Origin: Bacilli bacterium | GTDB taxonomy: Bacteria; Bacillota_I; Bacilli_A; RFN20; CAG-826 | DNA: 64,000 nt | Assembly (NCBI GenBank): GCA_036649855.1 | Contig: JAVWAV010000001.1 | Span: 22,823 to 86,822, forward strand | Reading direction: 5' to 3' | Shown here: positions 18,638 to 27,229 of the stretch, one piece after another | Position numbering within the stretch: the stretch's first letter is position 1 | Layout of the letters: each line of letters begins with the position of its first letter | Position numbers and translations under genes: made by a program | Notes under the pieces: model-generated | Databases searched by the model: none | Told to the model about the DNA's origin: nothing | What the model saw: the letters and a program-made list of their open reading frames with translations, nothing else

Positions 18638-19477
18638 ATGGAACAAGAAAAAATCCAATTAACTGAACTAGGTTATAAAAATTTTGCCGAAGAATTAGAA
18701 CACCTTATTCAGGTTGAACGTCCTGACAATATAGAACAAATAAAAGCTGCAAGAGGTCAGGGTGATTTAAGTGAAAACGCAGATTATGATGCTGCTCGCA
18801 ATAGACAAGCAATTATTGAAGCAAGAATACAAGAAATTGAACACGTATTTGATAATTTTGTGGTAGTTTTACCTCAAGAAAAATACGATCAATATAGCTT
18901 AGAAGTTAAAAAACTTAAAGAAGAAGTCGGCCTTGATGCTATATTTGACAAAGAAATGATTAATGATTCAAAAAAGAGAGTTATTTTTATCGAAAGACTA
19001 TTAACAAATTCTAAAATTACTATTGGTGAAAAAAATTATAGTGCTTTACTTAAAGCCTTTAATGCTCTTAAATCAAAAGCTGATAAATCAAATCCATCAG
19101 CAGATGCTGAAGCTTATAAAGAACTTTTAAATGAAGTTTCTATTATGAAAAATTATATTGAAAAATGTGCTAATATTGTAAAAGAAAAAGCACAACCAAC
19201 CATATCAATTGGCTGTAAAGTTTGTATTATCAAAATAGAAGATGAGCCAGAAGACAAAAGCTACATGACTGATTCTAAAGAATTAGAAAAATTAGCTGAA
19301 GAAAAAGGCAGATTCTACTCAATTGTTTCAACAATTGAAGAAAAAAATGCTGAAAATATCTCAAATCTTTCTCCAATGGGACAATCTCTCATTGGCAAAA
19401 AGTTATTTGAAATTATACAACCAGTTCTTCCAAACGGCAGAAATCCAAAATTTAAAATAATTAAAATAATTCAATAA
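18638..19477 (+). CDS. greA: Transcription elongation factor GreA, extended form (279 aa)
   Basis: The N-terminal coiled coil carries GDLSENADYDAAR. The C-terminal domain carries ISNLSPMGQSLIGKK and ...KFKIIKI. About 110 extra residues lie between the two domains. SD AAGGAG lies upstream. Confidence 0.8.
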   Translation: MEQEKIQLTELGYKNFAEELEHLIQVERPDNIEQIKAARGQGDLSENADYDAARNRQAIIEARIQEIEHVFDNFVVVLPQEKYDQYSLEVKKLKEEVGLDAIFDKEMINDSKKRVIFIERLLTNSKITIGEKNYSALLKAFNALKSKADKSNPSADAEAYKELLNEVSIMKNYIEKCANIVKEKAQPTISIGCKVCIIKIEDEPEDKSYMTDSKELEKLAEEKGRFYSIVSTIEEKNAENISNLSPMGQSLIGKKLFEIIQPVLPNGRNPKFKIIKIIQ

Positions 19478-19487
19478 AAATAAAAAT

Positions 19488-19520
19488 TCCCTCCTACTTA
19501 AATAGTAAGGAGGTTTTTTT
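19488..19520 (+). terminator. Intrinsic terminator after greA whose 3' arm is the comEA Shine-Dalgarno (copy A of a 51-nt repeat, 19473-19523)
   Basis: CCCTCCTACT-TAAA-TAGTAAGGAGG hairpin with one bulge, then T7 (19514-19520), then ATG 19521. An A-rich tract lies upstream. Confidence 0.7.
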
Positions 19521-20069
19521 ATGACATTGACAATCAAAATTATTCTTGGTGCATTAGTTGCTACTATAATTGGTTTGATTTCTCTTAAATTTATTGATAA
19601 AGGTCCATCTCTAGGCAATAATCCAAATTTAAGTTCAGAATTATCAAATAAAAACACAATTTCAGTTCAAATAAGCGGTCAAATTTCTCATGCTGGCACA
19701 TATATCGTTGAAAATGTTGCTGTGTTAGAAGATTTGATAAAGATTGCTGGTGGTACGACAAACAACGCAGATGAATTATGTTATTTCATTGATTACCAAT
19801 TAGAATCTAATGACGTTGTTTATATCGCGCCAATTTACGACAATGATGATATTTGTACAACTGATAAGTTAATAAAACATAATATCAATGAATGTAAAGC
19901 TAGTGATTTAAAAAGTATTGATGGAATCGGTGATACAACTGCAAACAGCATTATCGATTACAGAAATAATAATGGCAACTTTAGAAAATTAGAAGATGTA
20001 ATGAAAATAAATGGCATTAAGAACGCTACATTTTCAAAACTAAAAAATTATATCAAATTAAAGAACTAG
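19521..20069 (+). CDS. comEA: ComEA-family DNA-binding competence protein
   Basis: N-terminal TM helix, SLBB-like middle region, and C-terminal helix-hairpin-helix (LKSIDGIGDTTANSIIDYR ... INGIKNATFSKL). It precedes comEC. Confidence 0.8.
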   Translation: MTLTIKIILGALVATIIGLISLKFIDKGPSLGNNPNLSSELSNKNTISVQISGQISHAGTYIVENVAVLEDLIKIAGGTTNNADELCYFIDYQLESNDVVYIAPIYDNDDICTTDKLIKHNINECKASDLKSIDGIGDTTANSIIDYRNNNGNFRKLEDVMKINGIKNATFSKLKNYIKLKN

Positions 20070-20076
20070 TGATTTA

Positions 20077-22074
20077 ATGTTTATTTTTTGTTTTATTGCA
20101 TTAGTTTTAGGAATTGTTTTATTAAAATATAATTTAATTATTTTTATAATTTTAACGATTTTATATTTTATTTATATAATTTTGAAGAAAAACAAGAAGT
20201 TATTCATTCTAAATGTCGTTTTTTTCAGTATTGGAATTATTCTTACAAATGTAAAAATTTATCTTTCTCAAAATATATTTTTAAATAATTGCAATTATGT
20301 AGTTGTTAAAGCAAGCAATAACTACTACATTGTTGATAATTTTCTCTCAAGATATTATGTTTATGAAAAAAATAATACTGTTGAAATCGGAGATTTAATT
20401 TATCTAGAAGGAAACACAATCGATATTCAAAACAATATGATTGAAGAAAAATTCAATTTTGTTTCTTATTTAAACGATATGTGTGTTTATAAGCAAATTA
20501 ATGTAAAAACTAAAAATATAATAATTAACGTCCCTATCAGAAACAAAATTACTGCCTCGAATTTTTTAAATAAATATGGCGAAGATGCTAAACGTATATT
20601 TAATTCATTACTATTTAATTCTTCTTATGATCAAGAGTTAGGAATGATTTACAAAAATTCGAATCTTATCTTTTTATTAGGAATTAGCGGAATTTATATT
20701 AGTGTTTTTATAAGATTAATAGAATTTTTATTCCGTTTAAAATTTGATGAGAAAAAAAGTTTTATTTTTACAGCTGTTTCCTTTTTGCCTATTTACATGA
20801 TAAATTGGTCTTATTATGCATTTATTAGAACATTTTTCTTTTATTTATTTGCAGGTTATCTAAAACATTTTAAAAATAAAAGCGGATATCTGCAAAACAT
20901 GTTTTCGTTTCATTTGATGCTTTTACTTATAAATCCTTTTTATGTCTATCAGCTTAAATTTTTATTACCTTTAGGATTTGGACTCATAAATTACATCCTA
21001 AACATTTCCCTTAAAAACAAAAGTAAAAGAATCAGATTTTTTTATAAAAATATTATGTTGCTTTTGTTTATTATTCCATTTAATATCAATTTATCGAATT
21101 CTATCAATATATTAAGTCTTATTTTACAAATACCTTATTCATTCATCTTTCAAATATTCTTTATAGTAGGGCAAACTAGTAAATTAATCGGTTACAATCC
21201 AGCTATAAATTTATTAGGTTATATTGGAGTTTCAATGTTTAGCAGTCTAAAATATTTCGAATTATCGTTATTTATTCAAACTATAAACATTGATATTGTT
21301 ATTATTTACTATATATTGTATTTTTTTGAACTTATTTTCTTTGAAAAACAAATGTTTTTTCTAACAAAAAAATACGCAATATGTTGTGCTTTTTTTGTTA
21401 TTATATACGCAATTCCAATAAGAAATTTGACAACATCTGAAGTTGTTTTTGTAAATGTTGGACAAGGTGATTGCATATTTATTCGAGAAAAGAATAAGGC
21501 AATGATGATTGATACAGGTGGCTCAATATTTAAAAATATTGCAGGAGATGTACTCATACCATTTTTAAAAAGTAAAATGATTTATAGTCTTGAATCCGTG
21601 ATTATCACGCACAATGATTATGATCATTGTGGCGCTTTAGATACACTTTGTGCTAATTATAATGTTAAAAGAGTGATTAGAAAAGATGAAGAATTTCCAT
21701 ATAGGTTTGGTAGTTCAACATTATATAATTTAAATAAAAACATAACTGGCGATGAAAATTCACAGTCTTTAGTAATTAAATTTGATTTTTATAATGTCAA
21801 ATATTTATTAATGGGTGATGCTCCTCTGGAAATAGAAAAAGAAATAATTAAAAGCTACGATGTTGATTGTGACATTTTAAAAATTGGACATCATGGATCA
21901 ATAACATCAACTTGTGAAGAATTTATAAAAGCAACTACTCCAATTGACGCAATCGTATCAGTTGGAAGAAATCATTATGGTCATCCTGATAAAAAAGTTT
22001 TGGAATTACTAAAAAGCTACAATATTAATATAAAAAGAACTGATAAATTAGGTAGTGTTGTATATACATATTAA
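20077..22074 (+). CDS. comEC: DNA internalization-related competence protein ComEC/Rec2
   Basis: Polytopic membrane core plus a C-terminal metallo-beta-lactamase domain (VFVNVGQGDCIFI, ITHNDYDHCGA, GHHGS). Confidence 0.85.
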   Translation: MFIFCFIALVLGIVLLKYNLIIFIILTILYFIYIILKKNKKLFILNVVFFSIGIILTNVKIYLSQNIFLNNCNYVVVKASNNYYIVDNFLSRYYVYEKNNTVEIGDLIYLEGNTIDIQNNMIEEKFNFVSYLNDMCVYKQINVKTKNIIINVPIRNKITASNFLNKYGEDAKRIFNSLLFNSSYDQELGMIYKNSNLIFLLGISGIYISVFIRLIEFLFRLKFDEKKSFIFTAVSFLPIYMINWSYYAFIRTFFFYLFAGYLKHFKNKSGYLQNMFSFHLMLLLINPFYVYQLKFLLPLGFGLINYILNISLKNKSKRIRFFYKNIMLLLFIIPFNINLSNSINILSLILQIPYSFIFQIFFIVGQTSKLIGYNPAINLLGYIGVSMFSSLKYFELSLFIQTINIDIVIIYYILYFFELIFFEKQMFFLTKKYAICCAFFVIIYAIPIRNLTTSEVVFVNVGQGDCIFIREKNKAMMIDTGGSIFKNIAGDVLIPFLKSKMIYSLESVIITHNDYDHCGALDTLCANYNVKRVIRKDEEFPYRFGSSTLYNLNKNITGDENSQSLVIKFDFYNVKYLLMGDAPLEIEKEIIKSYDVDCDILKIGHHGSITSTCEEFIKATTPIDAIVSVGRNHYGHPDKKVLELLKSYNINIKRTDKLGSVVYTY

Positions 22075-22097
22075 GTTAATTAAGTTATAATTATATC

Positions 22098-23063
22098 ATG
22101 ATTTATATTATATTTGGCAGTTATCCTTACCTAATAAAAAAGAGTATTAATAGCATAAAAAATGAAATACTTGGAAAAGAAGCTGATGAGATTTCATTTG
22201 TTGAATGTGATTTTTCTCTCGATGATATTAGCAAAATTGGTGATGAATTGTCAATTATTCCAATGGGATATGAAAAGAAAATAGTTTCTTTTAACAACTC
22301 GACGTTTTTGCTTGAAAAAGACAACGAACTTGAGAAAAACGAAAAATATAATCAGATGTTTAAATTAATTGATGTAACAGATGAATCGTTAATTTTAATA
22401 TTTAGTATTGAAAGCAAATATATTTCAACAACTAACAAATTTTACAAATTTGTTTCAGAAAACGGACAGATTATTGAACGAATCGAACCATCAAATTCTG
22501 ATTTAACAATATTTATAAAGAAAAGATTAGCATCTCTTGAATGCAATATCGAAAATGATGCTATTGAAGAATTAAAAAGAAGAACTAACTCAGATTTATT
22601 CATGATTGAAAATGAATTTATAAAATTGTCAAATTACAGTAATCATATATATATTGACGATGTTAAAAAGCTCGTTTCTGAGCCTATAGACGACAATAAC
22701 TTTAATATCCTATCAAATTTATTAGACGGTAATATTAATGGAGCATTGAAAACATTTAGAGATCTACGAATAAGAGGAATAGAACCAGTTATTTTAATTT
22801 CGATGCTTACAACTCAACTAGTCTTTATTCATCAAGTTTATTATTTATCTCATGTTTGTTTTAAATCAAATGATGATATAGCAAAAGAACTTAAAGCTAA
22901 ACCTGGAAGAATATACATGTCTTTAAAAAATATGAATAAAATTAATGAAAAAATATTACTTAAAGAGTTAGAAAACTTATATAATTTAGATAAATCAATA
23001 AAGAAAGGTGAAATAGATAGGAATGTAGGTTTTGAATTCTTTCTATTAAAATTTGGAAAATAA
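22098..23063 (+). CDS. holA: DNA polymerase III subunit delta
   Basis: 321 aa in the conserved position after comEC. N-terminal MIYIIFGSYPYL and overall length fit HolA. TATAAT 22086-22091 lies 6 nt before the ATG. Confidence 0.75.
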   Translation: MIYIIFGSYPYLIKKSINSIKNEILGKEADEISFVECDFSLDDISKIGDELSIIPMGYEKKIVSFNNSTFLLEKDNELEKNEKYNQMFKLIDVTDESLILIFSIESKYISTTNKFYKFVSENGQIIERIEPSNSDLTIFIKKRLASLECNIENDAIEELKRRTNSDLFMIENEFIKLSNYSNHIYIDDVKKLVSEPIDDNNFNILSNLLDGNINGALKTFRDLRIRGIEPVILISMLTTQLVFIHQVYYLSHVCFKSNDDIAKELKAKPGRIYMSLKNMNKINEKILLKELENLYNLDKSIKKGEIDRNVGFEFFLLKFGK

Positions 23064-23065
23064 TT

Positions 23066-23503
23066 ATGAACTGCCCAATTTGCAAAAAAGAAATAGAAGA
23101 AGACTTAAAAGAATGCCCATACTGTGGCACTCCTTTAAAAATTGAAAATGATCAATATATTAGAGGCGAAATAAATCCTATAAAAAAAGAAAAATATAGT
23201 GATTTAAATGAAAAAACATTATATGAAAAAAATAATACAATTGCCGGATTAAGCGTTGTGACCTCTTTTATTTTATTAATAGTCGGTGCAATATTAATCA
23301 GTCTAAATGCAACTATATATTTTTCGTTCCTTGCATTGGTTCCTTGTGTTGGACTTGCAGCAATTGGCTTTTTTAAATCGAGACCAACACACTTTAAATT
23401 CGCAAATACAGCATCATTTGTAATAGTAATTTTAGGTTCTATTTTGACATTATTAGCATTCTTATTTGTGCTTTTGAAGCTTTTAGGACTGTTATTTGCG
23501 TAA
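23066..23503 (+). CDS. Zinc-ribbon membrane protein (hypothetical)
   Basis: N-terminal CPICxxx...CPYCG zinc ribbon followed by three predicted TM helices. Confidence 0.5.
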   Translation: MNCPICKKEIEEDLKECPYCGTPLKIENDQYIRGEINPIKKEKYSDLNEKTLYEKNNTIAGLSVVTSFILLIVGAILISLNATIYFSFLALVPCVGLAAIGFFKSRPTHFKFANTASFVIVILGSILTLLAFLFVLLKLLGLLFA

Positions 23504-23512
23504 TAATTGCAA

Positions 23513-23546
23513 CAAAAAAACTAGATTTAAAAAATCTAGTTTTTTC
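23513..23546. terminator. Bidirectional intrinsic terminator between the zinc-ribbon gene and rpsT
   Basis: CTAGATTT/AAATCTAG stem flanked by an A-run (23513-23520) and a T-run (23540-23545), between convergent genes. Confidence 0.75.
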
Positions 23547-23553
23547 TTACAAA

Positions 23554-23817
23554 TTACTTAATGTTGTTGACTAAATTTTGAATAAAACTTTTTTGTCTAG
23601 CAGCAGTCTTTGCGTGTTGAATGTGCTTAACAACTGATTTATCAATTAATGAGATAGCAAGAGTTAAGTTTGTTGTTGCTAAAGCTTTATCTTTTGCTTC
23701 GGCAGCTTTTTCTACTTTTTTAATTGCTGTTCTAACTTTTGATTTGAAAGCAATATTGAGAACTCTGCTCTTTTCATTTGTTAAAATTCTTTTCTTTTGT
23801 GATTTAATATTTGCCAT
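23554..23817 (-). CDS. rpsT: 30S ribosomal protein S20
   Basis: 87 aa. MANIKSQKKRILTNEKSR is a classical S20 N-terminus. SD AGAGGTG lies upstream. Confidence 0.95.
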   Translation of the reverse strand: MANIKSQKKRILTNEKSRVLNIAFKSKVRTAIKKVEKAAEAKDKALATTNLTLAISLIDKSVVKHIQHAKTAARQKSFIQNLVNNIK

Positions 23818-23844
23818 AATTACACCTCTTTCGATACGTATAAA

Positions 23845-23873
23845 ATTGTATCAAAATATAGTATCTTATGCAA
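23845..23873 (-). promoter_or_regulatory. Candidate sigma-A promoter of rpsT (TTGCAT-17-TACAAT with TG extension)
   Basis: On the minus strand, TTGCAT (23873-23868), a 17-nt spacer ending in TGa, and TACAAT (23850-23845). Confidence 0.5.
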
Positions 23874-23931
23874 TTGTTATTTTAGGGTATTTGATATAAA
23901 ATACATATGAGATAAAAGTAGGTATAAAGAA

Positions 23932-24870
23932 ATGAAATCAAAAGAATGCAGAATAATTTTCCTTGGTACGCCAGATATTGCTGCGTACGTATTAGAGGCA
24001 TTAATTAATGATGGTTACAATATTATAGGAATTGTTAGTCAAGAAGATAAAGAAAAAAACCGCAAAGGACTTCTTTTAGAAACCCCAACAAAGATGATTG
24101 GGAAAAAATATAACATACCAGTTTATCAATTTGACAAAATAAGATTACACGTCGAAGAAGTTGCAGCATTAAAACCTGATTTAATACTTACTCTTGCATA
24201 TGGGCAACTTGTATCCCAAGAAATATTAGATATTCCTTCTCTTGGATGTATTAATTTACACGGATCATTATTGCCAAAATATAGAGGTGCCGCCCCAATT
24301 CAAAGAGTATTATTTAGTGGCGAAAAAGAGACTGGTTTTACATTAATGCAAATGATTAAACAAATGGATGCCGGATTAATGTATAAAAAGTTAACGATAA
24401 AAATTGATGAATCCGATAATTTCTCTTCACTTTATGAAAAAATGAAAGAATGTGCAAAAGATTTAATTTTATGTTCGCTTCCTGAATATATAGAAGGAAA
24501 ATTACCTGGTGTCGCACAAGATGAATCGGAAGCATCTTTTGCACCTAAAATTTTAAAAGAAGATGAGAAAATGGATATTAATATGAATTGTATCGATTTT
24601 ATCAATAAAATCAGAGCATTATCGTATAAACCTGGTGGATTTTTGTTGCTTGATAACGAAATTATCAAGATTTTTAAAGTCCATTATCTCAATGATAAAA
24701 AAAGTTTTGAAAATGGAACGATTATATGTGCTGATAAAACAGGAATTGTGGTTCAATTAGAAGATGGAACAATTATAATCGATGAGCTCCAACGTCAACA
24801 AAAGAAAATGATGAAAGCTCCAGACTTTATAAATGGTTATTCTAATTTAAAAGGAAAGAAATTTTTATGA
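23932..24870 (+). CDS. fmt: Methionyl-tRNA formyltransferase
   Basis: 312 aa with the IIFLGTPD, NLHGSLLPKYRGAAPIQ and C-terminal Fmt-domain signatures. Confidence 0.92.
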   Translation: MKSKECRIIFLGTPDIAAYVLEALINDGYNIIGIVSQEDKEKNRKGLLLETPTKMIGKKYNIPVYQFDKIRLHVEEVAALKPDLILTLAYGQLVSQEILDIPSLGCINLHGSLLPKYRGAAPIQRVLFSGEKETGFTLMQMIKQMDAGLMYKKLTIKIDESDNFSSLYEKMKECAKDLILCSLPEYIEGKLPGVAQDESEASFAPKILKEDEKMDINMNCIDFINKIRALSYKPGGFLLLDNEIIKIFKVHYLNDKKSFENGTIICADKTGIVVQLEDGTIIIDELQRQQKKMMKAPDFINGYSNLKGKKFL

Positions 24871-27215
24871 ATTCTATCATAAAAATTTCTGTACATAATT
24901 TAGTAGATCCCATTTTAAGAACCGGAGACATTGACAATCGAATATTTAATAAAGAAACAATGCTAGAGGGTTCAAGAATTCATAGCAAGTACCAAGCCAA
25001 ACAAGGTTCTACATATCTTTCAGAATTTCCTTTATCTTGTTCAATAGAGTATGGAGAGTTTATTTTTATAATTGAAGGAAGAGCTGACGGAATTATTATA
25101 AATAAAAACGAAATTATAATCGAAGAAATAAAATCGTGTAACGAAGATATTGATGCTTTTTTCGAAAAAAATGGATTATGGCATTTAGGACAAGCTAAAG
25201 TATATGCATATATGTATGCAAAAAAGAATAATTTAAGTACTATTTCTATTAGATTGACATACATTTCTCAAAATAATAATAAAGACCAAAAGTTTAAAGA
25301 TTTTTCATTTGAGTTTGATAATCTTGAATTTTTTGTTCTTGATTTAATTCAAAGATATACGGATTTTTATAGTACTGTTTCATCGAATCGTAGAAAAAGA
25401 AATGAATCTATTAAAAAATTAAAATTTCCATATGCTAATGCTCGCAAATATCAACTTGAATATATGGATGCTGTAACTGATTCAATAATTGACAAAGGAA
25501 AGATTTTAATAGAAGCTCCAACTGGAATTGGCAAAACAATTTCAACTTTATATCCACATATTAAAAATTTTGGGCCAGATTTAAATAAAATATTTTTTCT
25601 TACTGCAAAAACAATAGGAAGAAATACGGCACAAGAAACAATAGAAGTATTAAATTCTTCCGGTTTATTTACTAAAAGTGTAGTTTTAACAGGCAAGGAC
25701 AAGATGTGTCCATTGAATGAACCAATGTGTAATCCGGAAAATTGTCCATTTGCACGTGATTATTACAATAAAATTAGAGAAATATTGATTTCTGAATTAC
25801 ATAGCGACACATTAATTTATACAGAAGAAGTTATTAAAGAAATTGCTTTTAAAAACAACATTTGTCCATTTGAATTATCATTAGATTTATCTAATTTCAG
25901 TGACATCGTAATTTGCGATTATAATTATGTTTTTGATCCTTTTTCATATTTGCAAAGACTGCATGATGATACATGCAGTGACTATTCTCTATTGATTGAT
26001 GAAGGACACAATCTTATTAAAAGAGCTCGAGACATGTATTCTTCTAAAATTACATATCAAGACATGAAGTTAGCAATAAAATTTTCTCCGAAAAAGAAAA
26101 CCACAAAGATGTTTACAGGTTTAAAGAAAATGTTTAAGACAATTTTTGAAGAATTTGGACCTGGCGAGCATATTGTTGATAGTTTTGATAAAAAAACAAT
26201 CAATGCTTTGTCAAATTTTGTTTCAAAATTTAAAGAAAACGATAGTGAAATTCAAGAAAAAATGTCGAGAGAACTTAGAAATTTCTTTTATAGCGTTTCA
26301 AGTTTCGTTAAACTTTATCATATTTCAGAAATGAGTGATTTATTTAAATATTATTTCTCAATTGAAAATGAAAAAAGTATTAGTATTAGTATTTATTGTG
26401 TTTGTCCATCTCCTTTTATTAATGAAATTACCTCGCATTTTAGGAATGTTGTTTTGTTTTCTGGAACATTTAGCCCAATGAGCTATTATAAAAATGCTAC
26501 TTTTGGAAAAAGTGATGTAAAAGTTTTACAATTTGATTATCCATTTGACAAAAATAAATTTGGCATTGTCGTTAATCCATATATTTCTCTCAAATATAAA
26601 GACAGAAGTCTTTCGATTGAGTCAGTTTGTAAAACCATTAGAACTTTTATTAATGCACGTGTTGGAAACTATATAATTTATGTTCCAAGTTTTCAATATA
26701 TGGAATTGCTTAAAGATAACAAAGAATTTTCAGGAGTTCATTTCGAATATCAACAGCGTAATATGAACGCAACTGATAAAATTGATTTTTTAAATAATCT
26801 CGATGAATTTTCAAACGTCACCAATGTATTAGTGGCGGTTTTAGGTGGAACCTTTGCAGAATCAATTAACTTAGAAGGTGATAAACTCATTGGAGTTGTT
26901 ATTTTAGGAGTTGGTTTTCCTGCAATATCGATCGAAAACAATTCAATAAAAGATTATTATGATAAAAATGAAAATGGATTAGGAATGGCATATGCTTACA
27001 CATATCCAGGAATGAATAATGTTGCACAAGCGGTTGGAAGATTAATCCGTTCTCCTCAAGATTGTGGTGTTGCACTCTTGATAGATACGAGATATTCATA
27101 TAAAAATTACATTTCTCTATTCAAAAAAGAATGGATGCATTATACGGTCGTAAGCGACGATTTGAAACTTAATAAATATTTATCATTGTTCTATAAGAAA
27201 AATGAAAAATTATGA
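24867..27215 (+). CDS. PD-(D/E)XK nuclease domain fused to an XPD/DinG-family (Rad3-related) Fe-S DNA helicase
   Basis: The N-terminal ~170 aa carry EGRADGII...IIEEIKS and QAKVYAY (RecB/Cas4-like D..ExK and QxxxY). Next come Walker A APTGIGKT, a Cys cluster CPLNEPMCNPENCPF...ICPF, the DEGH box (LIDEGHNL), and a C-terminal helicase domain with QAVGRLIRS. Confidence 0.8.
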   Translation: MNSIIKISVHNLVDPILRTGDIDNRIFNKETMLEGSRIHSKYQAKQGSTYLSEFPLSCSIEYGEFIFIIEGRADGIIINKNEIIIEEIKSCNEDIDAFFEKNGLWHLGQAKVYAYMYAKKNNLSTISIRLTYISQNNNKDQKFKDFSFEFDNLEFFVLDLIQRYTDFYSTVSSNRRKRNESIKKLKFPYANARKYQLEYMDAVTDSIIDKGKILIEAPTGIGKTISTLYPHIKNFGPDLNKIFFLTAKTIGRNTAQETIEVLNSSGLFTKSVVLTGKDKMCPLNEPMCNPENCPFARDYYNKIREILISELHSDTLIYTEEVIKEIAFKNNICPFELSLDLSNFSDIVICDYNYVFDPFSYLQRLHDDTCSDYSLLIDEGHNLIKRARDMYSSKITYQDMKLAIKFSPKKKTTKMFTGLKKMFKTIFEEFGPGEHIVDSFDKKTINALSNFVSKFKENDSEIQEKMSRELRNFFYSVSSFVKLYHISEMSDLFKYYFSIENEKSISISIYCVCPSPFINEITSHFRNVVLFSGTFSPMSYYKNATFGKSDVKVLQFDYPFDKNKFGIVVNPYISLKYKDRSLSIESVCKTIRTFINARVGNYIIYVPSFQYMELLKDNKEFSGVHFEYQQRNMNATDKIDFLNNLDEFSNVTNVLVAVLGGTFAESINLEGDKLIGVVILGVGFPAISIENNSIKDYYDKNENGLGMAYAYTYPGMNNVAQAVGRLIRSPQDCGVALLIDTRYSYKNYISLFKKEWMHYTVVSDDLKLNKYLSLFYKKNEKL

Positions 27216-27221
27216 TATAAT
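27213..27221 (+). promoter_or_regulatory. Extended -10 element TGaTATAAT directly upstream of lepA
   Basis: Exact TGATATAAT. The TGA is also the helicase stop codon. The lepA ATG follows after an 8-nt gap with no SD. Confidence 0.5.
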
Positions 27222-27229
27222 TTTCAAGT

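Noticed and set aside
23621-23899. 92-aa plus-strand ORF overlapping rpsT
   Set aside because: rpsT on the minus strand is unambiguous. The plus-strand ORF is a hydrophobic antisense artefact that extends into the promoter region.
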